Origin: an uncultured Gammaproteobacteria bacterium | GTDB lineage: Bacteria; Pseudomonadota; Gammaproteobacteria; JBGSLN01 | Direction: 5' to 3' | Assembly (NCBI GenBank): GCA_963695245.1 | Contig: OY968770.1 | Span: 805,894-869,893 of the forward strand | DNA: 64,000 bases | Shown: piece after piece, positions 44,352 through 54,450 of the stretch | Numbering within the stretch: position 1 is the first letter of the stretch | Layout: every line of letters begins with the position of its first letter | Position numbers and translations under genes: made by a program | Notes under the pieces: generated by a model | What the model was told of the DNA's origin: nothing | What the model saw: only the letters and a program-made list of their open reading frames with translations | The model's database searches: none

Positions 44352-45254
44352 TTATTTGTGAAAAAACTTTATAAAATTTTCGGCAATGTCAGCACGAGTA
44401 GCAATCCAAACTTTTTCAAACCTAAGGCAATAGCATATGAAATCTTCAATAATCTTAGTTCGACCCGGTCTGCCAGAAATTCTTGGGTGTAAAGCAATGG
44501 TCATAAATTTCGGATGAGTTTTACCCTCTTCATAGAGACAATCAAAGGTACGCTTCAGGTAAGTTAAAAAATCTTCCGGTGATGACCAGCCTGGTGCTGT
44601 GAGGTAACGGCAGTCATTACAATCTAATGTATACGGAAGAATTAATTGCATTGAATGTTCAAAAGGAATAAAAAAAGGTACATCATCACTGTAATCATCA
44701 CTGTCATAAAGCAGTTGATGCGCCAGCACAAACTTTCGGGTGTGACGGCTTTTTCTGCCCGTGTACCAGCCTTTTACTTTTTTATGCGTTAAGTTTTCAA
44801 TGATTGAAATGGTTTTTTTAAAATGTGCCTGTTCCAGTTTTTCATCCACTAAACTATAATCCCACCAACGGTAACCATGTCCTGCCACTTCATGAGCAGA
44901 GGTTTTCAAATATTCACAAAAATCAGGGTTTCGTTTTAGAGCAAGCCCTGCAGCAAAAAAAGTAAGCGGAATTTTATGATGATCAAAAACACGTAATAAT
45001 CGCCAAATACCTGCTTTGGCACCATATTGAAACATAGATTCAGAAGAAAAGTGCCGGATGTTTTCGAGGGCTTTTAAGTTTGGAATATCCGTAAGATAAT
45101 TTTCCGAACTGTTATCGCCATCTAAAATATTTCGTTCCGCACCTTCTTCATAATTGATTACAAAATTAAGTGCGATGCGAGCATTATTTTTCCAGCGAAT
45201 CTGGATGGACTTCTGGCCATAGCCAACAAAAGTTCTGGGATACCAGTCAGACAT
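44352..45254 (-). CDS. Polysaccharide deacetylase-family protein (PuuE-like NodB-homology)
   Basis: 300 aa. ...NYEEGAE...SESMFQYGAKAGIWRLLRVFDHHKIPLTFFAAGLALKRNP...AGHGYRW. Confidence 0.65.
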   Translation of the reverse strand: MSDWYPRTFVGYGQKSIQIRWKNNARIALNFVINYEEGAERNILDGDNSSENYLTDIPNLKALENIRHFSSESMFQYGAKAGIWRLLRVFDHHKIPLTFFAAGLALKRNPDFCEYLKTSAHEVAGHGYRWWDYSLVDEKLEQAHFKKTISIIENLTHKKVKGWYTGRKSRHTRKFVLAHQLLYDSDDYSDDVPFFIPFEHSMQLILPYTLDCNDCRYLTAPGWSSPEDFLTYLKRTFDCLYEEGKTHPKFMTIALHPRISGRPGRTKIIEDFICYCLRFEKVWIATRADIAENFIKFFHK

Positions 45255-45256
45255 TA

Positions 45257-46102
45257 TCAGCCCAGCTCAAAAGTTGTTATGCCGTAAACATGATTAAGAT
45301 TCATCTTTGGACAGCCTTGGCGATACATGCGAATGGTTTCAAAATGCGGTTGCATTTGATAACTGTTTACCAGTTTTAAAGCATTTTCGTTGAGGTAAGG
45401 AATATCAAGATAAACTGGAAACTCATTTATGTCAGCACATAAAGATGAAAAAAGTTCTCTGGCTATCTCATGGGACTCGGCAAACAATGGCCCTACCTTA
45501 TAGCCCGCAAAACATTTGCGAATCACACCATAGCCAAGAACGGATGAATCTTTTAAAAAAATCAGCGCTTTTGCTTCTGGTTGAAATATCCATTGAGTTA
45601 AAAATTCTGTCCGGCAGGCTGGAAAGTATTTTTGATCATACTGTACAATGCTTTGAAATAAATCTGGTGTAATAGGTGTAACGTATTTTGAGTGCATATT
45701 TTCGATAGGATGGTCTAAACCAAAGCGAATATTTTTATGATAAGGGCGATAACCAATCTTTTCATACTCATGAACCATTTCCAGCACGCCATCCAAACCT
45801 GTGACCCGATTTTTAACATAATCTAACCGAGCCTTTGTTAAGGCTATGCCAAAACCCTGTTGACGAAATCCAGGTTGAACAATATAGCAGCCACAAAAAG
45901 CAAAATTATCATCATAAATCACCGCCGAAGCAACAGCGATAATTTCACCATTGAGTTTGCCAGCAAAAAAACCATGGTTATCCGCAGCAAAAAAAGTTTG
46001 TGCATCATAGATGCCCGGATTCCAGCCTTCGAGCTGCATCCACTTGATAAGAACAGGCATCTCATCAGGATTTAATCGTGTGATTTCATAATTATTTGAC
46101 AT
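45257..46102 (-). CDS. GNAT-family N-acetyltransferase (two-lobed)
   Basis: 281 aa. ...VQPGFRQQGFGIALTKA... acetyl-CoA-binding motif. Confidence 0.65.
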   Translation of the reverse strand: MSNNYEITRLNPDEMPVLIKWMQLEGWNPGIYDAQTFFAADNHGFFAGKLNGEIIAVASAVIYDDNFAFCGCYIVQPGFRQQGFGIALTKARLDYVKNRVTGLDGVLEMVHEYEKIGYRPYHKNIRFGLDHPIENMHSKYVTPITPDLFQSIVQYDQKYFPACRTEFLTQWIFQPEAKALIFLKDSSVLGYGVIRKCFAGYKVGPLFAESHEIARELFSSLCADINEFPVYLDIPYLNENALKLVNSYQMQPHFETIRMYRQGCPKMNLNHVYGITTFELG

Positions 46103-46124
46103 ATTTAAATTAATCTAAAAAATT

Positions 46125-46229
46125 ATGCAGGTTGGGCTGACGAAGAAAGCCCAACAGCCGTGGCCACTAAATTAGGCCATAATTAAATGAATAACTCTGT
46201 TGGGCTTTCTTCGTCAGCCCAACCTACAT
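46125..46229 (-). repeat. REPIN/MITE-like element copy 11 (reverse orientation)
   Basis: atgcaggttgggctgacgaagaaagcccaacagccgtggccactaaattaggccataattaaatgaataac... Confidence 0.9.
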
Positions 46230-46234
46230 TTTTA

Positions 46235-47065
46235 TTATAGATCAACTTCACCCATAAATATTTCATGAGCTGGCCCAGTCATCCACACAGGCTCATTGTT
46301 TCCATTCCATTCAATTTTTAAGTCTCCACCTGGCATGGTAACGGTGACCTGTGAATTCAAGCGATTTAATAAAATACCAGATACCACTGCGGCACAGGCG
46401 CCACTGCCACAGGCAAGGGTTTCTCCGGTGCCACGCTCATAAATCCTTAAACGAATGTGATTTTTAGCCAAAACCTGCATAAATTCAACATTGGTTCGGT
46501 TTGGAAATTGTGGATGTAAAGAAAAGGCTTTGCCAAGATGCTCGATGTCAATATCATTAACATTGTCCACCTCAAAAATGCAGTGAGGATTACCCATAGA
46601 AACCACACTGACATGATAATCACCACATTTAATATTTAAGGTATAAATGGTTTTTCTGGCAGTGGCTTTAAAAGGAATTTCTTCAGGTTCCAATACTGGC
46701 GTACCCATATCTACAGTTACGGTATTCTCATCGCGCAAAATCAATTGATGTTTATTTTTTTTGGTGGCAACGCTTAAGGTTTTTTTGGTGCTTAAGCCAT
46801 GATCATGAATATATTTAGCAATACAGCGAGCACCATTGCCACACTGATAAGCTTCTGAGCCATCGGCATTAAAAATCTGATAATAAAAGTCATGGGATGC
46901 ATCTTTGGGAGGCGCTATTAACAGCATTTGATCAAAACCAATGCCAAAATGGCGGTGACTGAGTTGTTGGATTTGTTCCGTATTAGGGACATAAGACTGA
47001 TTTACGGTTTCTATCACCGCAAAATCATTGCCCAATCCCTGCATTTTTGCAAATTTAAGTTTCAT
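46235..47065 (-). CDS. dapF: Diaminopimelate epimerase
   Basis: 276 aa. MKLKFAKMQGLGNDFAVI..., both catalytic Cys regions (CGNGARC, ACGSGACA). Confidence 0.95.
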   Translation of the reverse strand: MKLKFAKMQGLGNDFAVIETVNQSYVPNTEQIQQLSHRHFGIGFDQMLLIAPPKDASHDFYYQIFNADGSEAYQCGNGARCIAKYIHDHGLSTKKTLSVATKKNKHQLILRDENTVTVDMGTPVLEPEEIPFKATARKTIYTLNIKCGDYHVSVVSMGNPHCIFEVDNVNDIDIEHLGKAFSLHPQFPNRTNVEFMQVLAKNHIRLRIYERGTGETLACGSGACAAVVSGILLNRLNSQVTVTMPGGDLKIEWNGNNEPVWMTGPAHEIFMGEVDL

Positions 47066-47075
47066 GATTTACCCA

Positions 47076-47267
47076 TCAGTAAAAAGTATCGGTTTTGTGT
47101 GTTGTTGCCTCAGTAACTGCTTTTTTGGTATGCTTTTTCTGAGACACTTTACCTGCGGCTGGTTTTTGTGCCTGAACATCGGGTTTTGGAAGATACAAAG
47201 GCCCCGTCTGTCCACAGCCACTTAATATCAGCACAGCAAACAAAGGCAGTATTATAAGGGGTTTCAT
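47076..47267 (-). CDS. lptM: Small lipoprotein LptM (YifL-like), upstream of dapF as in E. coli
   Basis: MKPLIILPLFAVLILSGCGQTGPLYLP..., a lipobox followed by the conserved GPLYLP motif. Confidence 0.7.
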   Translation of the reverse strand: MKPLIILPLFAVLILSGCGQTGPLYLPKPDVQAQKPAAGKVSQKKHTKKAVTEATTHKTDTFY

Positions 47268-47391
47268 CGATATCGCCCTGATAAAAAAATTTGTCCTCAA
47301 TTATAGCTTTTTAAAGTTATAATTTTAAGAGATAATAAGTAAAGTTATCACAATGAGGCTTACGAAAAACTTCGATTTACATGCAAATTCA

Positions 47392-47497
47392 ATGTAGGTT
47401 GGGCTGAGGAAGGAAGCCCAACAGAGTTATTCATTTAATTACGGCCTTATTTAGTTGCCACAGCCTGTTGGGCTTCCTTCCTCAGCCCAACCTACAT
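47392..47497 (+). repeat. REPIN/MITE-like element copy 12
   Basis: Arms gaggaaggaagc / gcttccttcctc. Preceded by the outer flank acttcgatttacatgcaaattca. Confidence 0.9.
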
Positions 47498-47547
47498 TGA
47501 ATAAAACTGGAATCTTGCGTAAGTTCTGTACAATTAATTTATTTTTT

Positions 47548-48204
47548 ATGAATCCATTAGAAACCCTTATTCACGAACCGACTCATAAAGCCGAGTATGC
47601 TGTCATCTGGCTTCATGGGCTGGGAGCGGATGGTCATGATTTTGAACCTTTGGTGCCTCAGTTAAATTTAAAAAATGTTCGATTTATTTTCCCCCATGCC
47701 AGGGTGCAACCCGTGAGTTTAAACATGGGTATGCCCATGCGAGCCTGGTATGATATTTATGCTTTGGATTCAAGCGCAAAAGAAGACGAAGCAGGCATCC
47801 ATTCAAGCCAAAAGTTAGTGGAACAACTTATTTATACGCAGGTGGAAACAGGCATTCAAGCTGAGAAAATTTTTCTGGCAGGTTTTTCGCAAGGCGGTGC
47901 CATGGCATTGCACACAGCATTGCGTTTTGACCATACCCTTGCAGGCGTTATTGCTTTATCAGCTTATCTGCCTGTAAGAAATCATTTAGGCGCTCACTTA
48001 AATCCAGCTCAAAAAAATACGCCAATTTTTATGGCTCATGGACAATATGATGAAGTATTGCCTGTAAGCTTTGGTCATGGTTCGCAAATGTTACTGCAAA
48101 GTTTGCACTTGAAGGTTAGCTGGTATGAGTATCCCATTGGTCACAGTGTTTGTATGGAAGAAATTGCCGAAGTTAAGCGCTTTATTTTACAAAACAGCCG
48201 CTAA
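47548..48204 (+). CDS. Carboxylesterase/phospholipase-family alpha/beta hydrolase (Abhydrolase_2, YpfH-like)
   Basis: 218 aa from MNPLETLIHEP. ...VIWLHGLGADGHDF..., nucleophile elbow GFSQGG, and a C-terminal His. Confidence 0.8.
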   Translation: MNPLETLIHEPTHKAEYAVIWLHGLGADGHDFEPLVPQLNLKNVRFIFPHARVQPVSLNMGMPMRAWYDIYALDSSAKEDEAGIHSSQKLVEQLIYTQVETGIQAEKIFLAGFSQGGAMALHTALRFDHTLAGVIALSAYLPVRNHLGAHLNPAQKNTPIFMAHGQYDEVLPVSFGHGSQMLLQSLHLKVSWYEYPIGHSVCMEEIAEVKRFILQNSR

Positions 48205-49497
48205 TCATGCTTTGTTGAGCAAACAGTAATAAAATCCATCTCCACAGGCGTCGCCCGGCAGCTTTTGTAAGCCTGTGGTTGTAGATGAAGCTAAAGACAG
48301 TCTCTGTATCGTTGCATTTTGCGTTGTTTGTAAAAACCACTGTATGTTTTCCATGTTTTCCTCAGGTAAAACTGAGCAGGTGCAATACAAGAGCTTGCCA
48401 CCTGATTTTAAAGTTTGCCAAAGTGTTTTTAATAAAGCTCTTTGGGTTTTTTGTAATTGTGCAATATCACTTTCTTGTCTGAGTAATTTGATATCTGGAT
48501 GTCGACGTATAACGCCTGTGGCTGAGCAGGGCGCATCTAACAAAATTCGATCAAAAGCATTTTTATCCCACCAGTCATTCAATGCAGTGGCATCCGCAGT
48601 CAAAATTTTGGCAGATAAATGTAATCGTTCAAAGTTCTCTAAAACTAAAGGTATCCGATGCGCGTCCACATCCAGCACGGTTAAGTCTAAATCATTGCTA
48701 AACTTTTCCAGTAGATGGGCGCTTTTTCCACCCGGAGCCGCGCAGGCATCCAGTACCCGGTGAGTTGCGTCTACTGGTAATAAATTAACCGCAAGTTGGG
48801 CATGCACATCCTGAATGGAACACTCGCCTTCAAAAAAACCCGGTAATGCTTGTACCTGACAGGCTGACTTAAGCACAATGGCACTGTCGCAGATGGGAGA
48901 AGTTGAGGCTTCGATGTCGTGAGCTTTGAGTTTTTCCAGATAATTTTGTGTAGTAATTTTCTGCTGATTAACTCTTAAAATCATCGGTGCTTTTTTATTA
49001 TTTTCTGCTAAAATCTTTTGAAAGTCCGTTGGATAAGCTTTTTTAATTTTCTCAATTAACCACAAGGGATGGGCATAAAACGCAACGGGATTTTTTGTTA
49101 AATTCTCCAGTTGCTGAGATTTTTGACGCAGAAAATTTCTCAAAATACCGTTTATGAGTTTTACCGCCCAATGCTTTTTAATGATTTTCAATGCTTCAAC
49201 GGTTTCATTCACCACTGCATGGGGCTGAGTATTTAAATAAATTAATTCATATAAAGCGCACAAAAGCAGCATTTCTACCTGCATTTCTTTGGCTTTAATG
49301 GATTTTTTTAGAAAGTTTTTTTGAATATGCTTTAGCTGAAAATAATATCGACAAGTGCCAAAGCATAATTGTTTAGTAAGCGCCATCTCTGAACTTTTAC
49401 GGGCAGTATCAATCACTGCATTCAAAGATTTTTTATCAGCCACAACTTCAGTTAAAATGGACGCAGCACAAATTCTGGGGTTAGATAAAGCACTCAC
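48205..49497 (-). CDS. rsmB: 16S rRNA (cytosine967-C5)-methyltransferase RsmB
   Basis: 430 aa. NusB-like N-terminus plus SAM-MTase (…DACAAPGGKS…, catalytic CSATG). Confidence 0.9.
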   Translation of the reverse strand: MSALSNPRICAASILTEVVADKKSLNAVIDTARKSSEMALTKQLCFGTCRYYFQLKHIQKNFLKKSIKAKEMQVEMLLLCALYELIYLNTQPHAVVNETVEALKIIKKHWAVKLINGILRNFLRQKSQQLENLTKNPVAFYAHPLWLIEKIKKAYPTDFQKILAENNKKAPMILRVNQQKITTQNYLEKLKAHDIEASTSPICDSAIVLKSACQVQALPGFFEGECSIQDVHAQLAVNLLPVDATHRVLDACAAPGGKSAHLLEKFSNDLDLTVLDVDAHRIPLVLENFERLHLSAKILTADATALNDWWDKNAFDRILLDAPCSATGVIRRHPDIKLLRQESDIAQLQKTQRALLKTLWQTLKSGGKLLYCTCSVLPEENMENIQWFLQTTQNATIQRLSLASSTTTGLQKLPGDACGDGFYYCLLNKA

Positions 49498-50429
49498 GGT
49501 AAAATCTGACCTTCATTAAGCATCAGTTTATTGCCATTTAAGATATCTCTAATCGCCAGCATTTTAGCGCCCGGTAACTGCATATATGTAATGTTCACAG
49601 CATTTTCTTTAGCAGCCACCATCATGCCAGATTTGTGAATTTTAATAATTTCTCCTGTTTCATAGGTTTTTTCTATGGGTAGAATTTGCGCATTACCCAC
49701 TCTGATTTTTAAGTCATCAACTTCAAAAAAAGCCATAGGCCAGGGGTTAAATGCGCGTATTTTTGCAGTAATTAATTGGGCAGATTCTTGCCAGTTGATT
49801 TTAGCTTCTGCTTTTTCAAGTTTATGGGCGTAAGTTGCCGCAGCATCATTTTGTGGTATGGCAAGGGCGGAGCCGGCAAAAATTGAGGGTAAAACTTCTA
49901 TTAAAGCTTTAGCACCTAATTGTGCTAATCGATCATGCAAACTTGATGCTGTTTCAGTGGGATCAATGTCCGTTGACAATACGTGATAATAAGGCCCTGT
50001 ATCCAAGCCTTTTTCCATTTGCATGATACACACCCCCGTTTTTTTATCGCCAGCAATCATCGCTCTTTGAATGGGAGCCGCGCCGCGCCATCTGGGTAAC
50101 AAAGATGCATGAATATTTAAACAGCCAAATTTAAAGCTTTGTAAGACAACCTCTGGCAAAATTAACCCATAAGCTGCCACTATCATCACATCAGCTTTGT
50201 ATGCTTTTAGCTGTTCCAAAGTGGCGTCGGATTTAAAGTTAAGGGGTTGTTCCACGGGGATGCTGTTTTCAAGGGCGGCTTGTTTCACAGGACTTGTGGT
50301 TAATTTCCTACCTCTGCCGGAAGGTCTATCCGGCTGGGTGTATACAGCGACCACTTCATGAGATGAAGCTAATAACGCCCGCAGAGCTTCAACTGAAAAT
50401 TCTGGCGTACCTGCATAGATAATTCTCAA
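49494..50429 (-). CDS. fmt: Methionyl-tRNA formyltransferase
   Basis: 311 aa. MRIIYAGTPEFSV...HASLLPRWRGAAPIQRA. Confidence 0.95.
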   Translation of the reverse strand: MRIIYAGTPEFSVEALRALLASSHEVVAVYTQPDRPSGRGRKLTTSPVKQAALENSIPVEQPLNFKSDATLEQLKAYKADVMIVAAYGLILPEVVLQSFKFGCLNIHASLLPRWRGAAPIQRAMIAGDKKTGVCIMQMEKGLDTGPYYHVLSTDIDPTETASSLHDRLAQLGAKALIEVLPSIFAGSALAIPQNDAAATYAHKLEKAEAKINWQESAQLITAKIRAFNPWPMAFFEVDDLKIRVGNAQILPIEKTYETGEIIKIHKSGMMVAAKENAVNITYMQLPGAKMLAIRDILNGNKLMLNEGQILP

Positions 50430-50947
50430 GATTTTCTCGCAAATTTTTGTTTTTTGTGGAGGTGTTTTTTAACTTTGTCCAAAGCACGCTTTTGTTTGAA
50501 TTTAGAAAGTTGATCAATATACAACTTGCCATTTAAGTGATCTACTTCGTGTTGAACACATTCTGCCAGCAACCCTTCAGCCTCAAATTCATAGGGCTTA
50601 CCTGCTCTATCTTGAGCCTTTACTTTCACATAAGCTGCGCGAGTCACAGTATCATAGTAGCCAGGAACCGATAAGCAGCCTTCATCCATGGTGACAAAGT
50701 TTTTAGCTTCAATAATTTCAGGGTTAACTAACACTCTGGGTTTATCGCGCTCAGCAGAACAGTCAATAACCGTCAGGCGTATATCCAATCCCACTTGAGT
50801 TGCTGCCAACCCTACCCCGTTTTCCGCATACATAGTTTCAATCATATCATCAATAATTTTATTGAATGCTGCATCAAAGACCGTGACAGCTTTGGTCACT
50901 TTCCTCAAACGCATATCCGGGATAGTGACTAATTTTAATCGAGCCAT
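50426..50947 (-). CDS. def: Peptide deformylase
   Basis: 173 aa. Motifs GxGLAAxQ, EGCLS and HEVDHL. Confidence 0.95.
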   Translation of the reverse strand: MARLKLVTIPDMRLRKVTKAVTVFDAAFNKIIDDMIETMYAENGVGLAATQVGLDIRLTVIDCSAERDKPRVLVNPEIIEAKNFVTMDEGCLSVPGYYDTVTRAAYVKVKAQDRAGKPYEFEAEGLLAECVQHEVDHLNGKLYIDQLSKFKQKRALDKVKKHLHKKQKFARKS

Positions 50948-51035
50948 AAATTTAAAGTACCGAATTATTTAAAACTGATTGGATTATCCTAAAATTGTGG
51001 ATTTGGGTCAATGATGTATCAATTGTGACAATAAA

Positions 51036-51059
51036 TGTTATTTATGTTATTATTGTTAT
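51036..51059 (+). promoter_or_regulatory. Three tandem 9-bp direct repeats (TGTTATnnn) overlapping the predicted promoter of the toxin-like gene; candidate operator
   Basis: TGTTATTTA TGTTATTAT TGTTATAAA, 22-45 bp upstream of the ATG at 51081. Confidence 0.4.
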
Positions 51060-51080
51060 AAAAGGCATAATAATTAAAAA

Positions 51081-51482
51081 ATGGATATCATAATTACTAA
51101 ATGGGCTTTAGATGCTTATCTTAATTTAAAACATCAAGGCGTTTTTACCCAGGATGAATTTGAACAAATAATTCAACCGGATGTTTTATTATTAAAACAA
51201 TTCCCTCAGCATCCAAAGTTTTTAAATGGAAAATTTTGGTCTTTTGCAAGTTTAAAAGGGCAGACTAGGATTTTGCATGGTTTTAAAATGAAGTGGCACC
51301 AAATCGGTAGCGGTAAAGTGCAATTGAGATTGCCAATTATGCAATATAATCATCAGAGTTTTCTTTGTGAAGCCTATGTAAAGCATAACCATAAAGTAGA
51401 TGCCAGAAAACTTGCTAAGTTTAAAGTTCACATACAGTTAATTATGCAGGGAAACTATAAACACTGCGGAGTTATAACATGA
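51081..51482 (+). CDS. Hypothetical protein; putative toxin component of a two-gene TA-like module (family not recognised)
   Basis: 133 aa, basic. 4-nt ATGA overlap with the downstream HTH gene. Confidence 0.4.
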   Translation: MDIIITKWALDAYLNLKHQGVFTQDEFEQIIQPDVLLLKQFPQHPKFLNGKFWSFASLKGQTRILHGFKMKWHQIGSGKVQLRLPIMQYNHQSFLCEAYVKHNHKVDARKLAKFKVHIQLIMQGNYKHCGVIT

Positions 51483-51985
51483 ACGCTTTTGCTTTTTCAC
51501 ATAACCAACTTACAGCTCATGAGCAGGTAAACCTATACGTAATTGCTCATCAAATGAAACAAAATGGTTTACCTGAAGAATTCATAGCATCCGTAATAGC
51601 ACTGGCATTTGAGTTTGAGGGAATTTTTGATCTTTTGAAATTATGGTCAGCAGAATGTGATGATATCGAAAGACAGGAAATCATTGCAGAGATGCAAGAA
51701 TTGATGCATGACTGTATGGATCCTGATAAACAAAAATTCATCGAAATTAAGCTTAATGACCTAGAGCTCATTGCAAAAAACATAAGAGCATTTAAAGATA
51801 ATTTATTGACAGAAGTAAACGCTCGTGGGGGAATATCAAAATTATCTGAACTAACGCAGATCCCGCAGCCTTCTTTATCAAGATTTTTTAATTCTGGTTC
51901 AATGCCACAACGAATTACCTTACTCAAGATAGCTAAAGCGCTGGAATTGGATGCTGTGAAAATTGTGTTACCGTGGGTGAAATAG
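51479..51985 (+). CDS. XRE-family HTH protein (C-terminal helix-turn-helix); putative antitoxin/regulator
   Basis: 168 aa. The C-terminal ~60 aa (GGISKLSELTQIPQPSLSRFFNSGSMPQRITLLKIAKALELDA) is a Cro/C1-type HTH. The N-terminal ~105 aa is acidic and of unknown fold. Confidence 0.55.
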   Translation: MNAFAFSHNQLTAHEQVNLYVIAHQMKQNGLPEEFIASVIALAFEFEGIFDLLKLWSAECDDIERQEIIAEMQELMHDCMDPDKQKFIEIKLNDLELIAKNIRAFKDNLLTEVNARGGISKLSELTQIPQPSLSRFFNSGSMPQRITLLKIAKALELDAVKIVLPWVK

Positions 51986-51994
51986 AAATAATCC

Positions 51995-52393
51995 CTAACA
52001 ACCCTTCCAGACAAAGTACCGATAGCTCAAAAAATTAGTCAGACTGCCAAGCGCCATGCCGATAAAAAGCAGCAAATTACTGATGATAAAAGTGGTTCCC
52101 AAAAAATAAGACCCCACATGCATAATAATAATCTGCAGAGCCATGGAAATCAGCGAAAAACCATTAAATTTTGCCAAAGACTTAAGCCAGAGGCGAAGAC
52201 CACTGGTTTTAGCAATTTTATTTTCATGGAACGTAAAGCAATTATGTAAAAAGAAATTGGTTATAATGGCACATTCTATGGCAATTGCGATGGCCAAAGC
52301 AGGTGATAGATAGAATATCAGTAAATTAAAGCTAATAAGCTGTACCAGCATACCGCCCATGCCGATGCAGCACATTTTGATAAATTGACCCAT
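51995..52393 (-). CDS. GtrA-family membrane protein
   Basis: About 132 aa from MGQFIKM (the track start is a TTG). 4 TM helices. ...NFFLHNCFTFH... is a GtrA-like motif. Confidence 0.65.
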   Translation of the reverse strand: MGQFIKMCCIGMGGMLVQLISFNLLIFYLSPALAIAIAIECAIITNFFLHNCFTFHENKIAKTSGLRLWLKSLAKFNGFSLISMALQIIIMHVGSYFLGTTFIISNLLLFIGMALGSLTNFLSYRYFVWKGC

Positions 52394-52498
52394 AATGGCT
52401 GTAAAAGAAGTTTGCAAAATAATGCAATGAATTTAACAGCTTTTCAATAAAATATTTTAGCTAACTACTCTCCTGCTTATCGTATGTTCTGTACAAAT

Positions 52499-52508
52499 CT
52501 GATATAAT
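52499..52508 (+). promoter_or_regulatory. Extended -10 element (TGaTATAAT) upstream of mnmG
   Basis: ctGaTATAATtgcc, about 40 nt upstream of the mnmG ATG. No good -35. Confidence 0.35.
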
Positions 52509-52548
52509 TGCCAAATTTCTGAACAAAAATTGGCGTATGAGCATTATT

Positions 52549-54444
52549 ATGGACTATTCACATCAATTTGACATTATTGTCGTGGGGGGCGGTCATGCTG
52601 GTACCGAAGCTGCAATGGCTTCTGCCCGTATGGGTGCAGATACTCTATTGCTCACTCATAACATGGATACTTTAGGTCAAATGTCTTGCAACCCTGCTAT
52701 TGGTGGTATTGGTAAAGGACATCTGGTAAAAGAAATCGATGCATTAGGTGGCTTGATGGCTAAGGCCATTGATAAAGCAGGTATCCAGTTCCGTATTCTT
52801 AATGCCAGCAAAGGTCCTGCAGTACGCTCAACGCGAGCGCAGGCAGATAGATTTCTCTACAAACAGGCTGTCATTAATGCATTGCAGCATCAAGATAACC
52901 TTACCCTGTTTCAACAGGGGGTGGAAGATTTACTGATTGAGGATCAAACAGTTGTGGGTGTGGTTACCCAAATGGGATTAAAGTTTTTTGCTAAAAAAAT
53001 TATTCTTACCGTGGGAACCTTTTTAGGCGGTCGCATTCATATTGGGCGCAGCCACTATCAGGGTGGCCGGGCAGGTGACCCGCCTGCCAATGGGCTTTCG
53101 CAAAAACTTCGCGCCCTGCCCTTTAATGTAGAACGCTTAAAAACCGGCACACCTCCCAGAATTGATGGCCGCACTATCGATTATTCAGAGTTATCCGTAC
53201 AGCCGGGCGATGATCCAGTACCAGTTTTTTCTTTTATGGGTAAAGCTTGTGAGCATCCTGAGCAGGTGCCTTGCCATATTACATATACCAACGAAAAAGC
53301 CCATCAAATTATTGCCTCAGGGATGAAAGATTCCCCTATTTATACTGGCCTTATTGAAGGTACAGGTCCCAGATATTGTCCTTCTATTGAAGATAAAGTC
53401 GTGCGTTTTGCCGATAAAGATAAACATCAGATTTTTATTGAGCCTGAAGGTTTAAATACCACCGAAGTGTATCCCAATGGTATTTCTACCAGCCTGCCCT
53501 TTGATATCCAGCTTCAATTCGTGCGTGCCATTAAAGGATTTGAAAACGCTCATCTTACCCGTGCAGGCTACGCTATAGAATATGACTTTTTTGATCCAAG
53601 GGATCTCAAAGCCTCTTTAGAGACCCGACATTTAGAAGGCTTGTATTTTGCCGGTCAAATCAACGGTACCACAGGCTATGAAGAAGCGGCAGCACAAGGG
53701 TTAATTGCAGGTTTAAACGCAGCCTTAGCCGTCCAGAACAAACCTGCCTGGACACCAGCAAGAGATGAAGCTTACATCGGTGTCTTAATTGATGATTTAA
53801 TTACTCGGGGTACAAAAGAGCCTTATCGGATGTTTACCAGTCGGGCTGAATATCGCTTGTTGCTTCGAGAAGATAATGCTGATTTAAGGTTAACAGCTAA
53901 AGCCCATGAGCTGGGTTTGATTGAACCTGCTCGCTATCAAAGATTGCAGGATAAAATTAAACAGATGGAGCAAGAGTTAAAACACATCCAAAGTATCGTA
54001 GTTCAACCTGAAACTGAAGCTGCCAAAGCTCTGGAAGTATATCTGGATAAACCCTTAACAAAAGCTTATAAACTCATGGATTTATTAAAGCGACCAGAAT
54101 TAACCTATCAAAAATTATTGGCTATCAAAGCTTTTAAACTCACTCTTACAGATTCACAGGTGAGTGAGCAGATTGAAATTCAGGCAAAATACGCAGGATA
54201 CATTGAGCGTCAGGCAGAAGATATCGCTAAACTTAAACATTATGAAAACACCAAGCTACCGCAAAATATCGATTACACTAAAGTGCGCGGACTCTCTGCT
54301 GAAGTCACTCAAAAATTAATGCAGGTTCAACCACAAACCATTGGCATGGCCAGTAGAATTTCAGGGATAACACCAGCAGCGATTTCACTTTTGCTTATCC
54401 ATCTTAAAAAAGGCCAGCTCAAAAAACAGATTCAAGAGGTTTAA
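52549..54444 (+). CDS. mnmG: tRNA uridine 5-carboxymethylaminomethyl modification enzyme MnmG (GidA)
   Basis: [22 protein letters not shown]... (compare E. coli [22 protein letters not shown]). Full length. Confidence 0.96.
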   Translation: MDYSHQFDIIVVGGGHAGTEAAMASARMGADTLLLTHNMDTLGQMSCNPAIGGIGKGHLVKEIDALGGLMAKAIDKAGIQFRILNASKGPAVRSTRAQADRFLYKQAVINALQHQDNLTLFQQGVEDLLIEDQTVVGVVTQMGLKFFAKKIILTVGTFLGGRIHIGRSHYQGGRAGDPPANGLSQKLRALPFNVERLKTGTPPRIDGRTIDYSELSVQPGDDPVPVFSFMGKACEHPEQVPCHITYTNEKAHQIIASGMKDSPIYTGLIEGTGPRYCPSIEDKVVRFADKDKHQIFIEPEGLNTTEVYPNGISTSLPFDIQLQFVRAIKGFENAHLTRAGYAIEYDFFDPRDLKASLETRHLEGLYFAGQINGTTGYEEAAAQGLIAGLNAALAVQNKPAWTPARDEAYIGVLIDDLITRGTKEPYRMFTSRAEYRLLLREDNADLRLTAKAHELGLIEPARYQRLQDKIKQMEQELKHIQSIVVQPETEAAKALEVYLDKPLTKAYKLMDLLKRPELTYQKLLAIKAFKLTLTDSQVSEQIEIQAKYAGYIERQAEDIAKLKHYENTKLPQNIDYTKVRGLSAEVTQKLMQVQPQTIGMASRISGITPAAISLLLIHLKKGQLKKQIQEV

Positions 54445-54450
54445 GTACGC

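Noticed and set aside
48275-48763. 162-aa plus-strand ORF
   Set aside because: Antisense within rsmB. No independent support.
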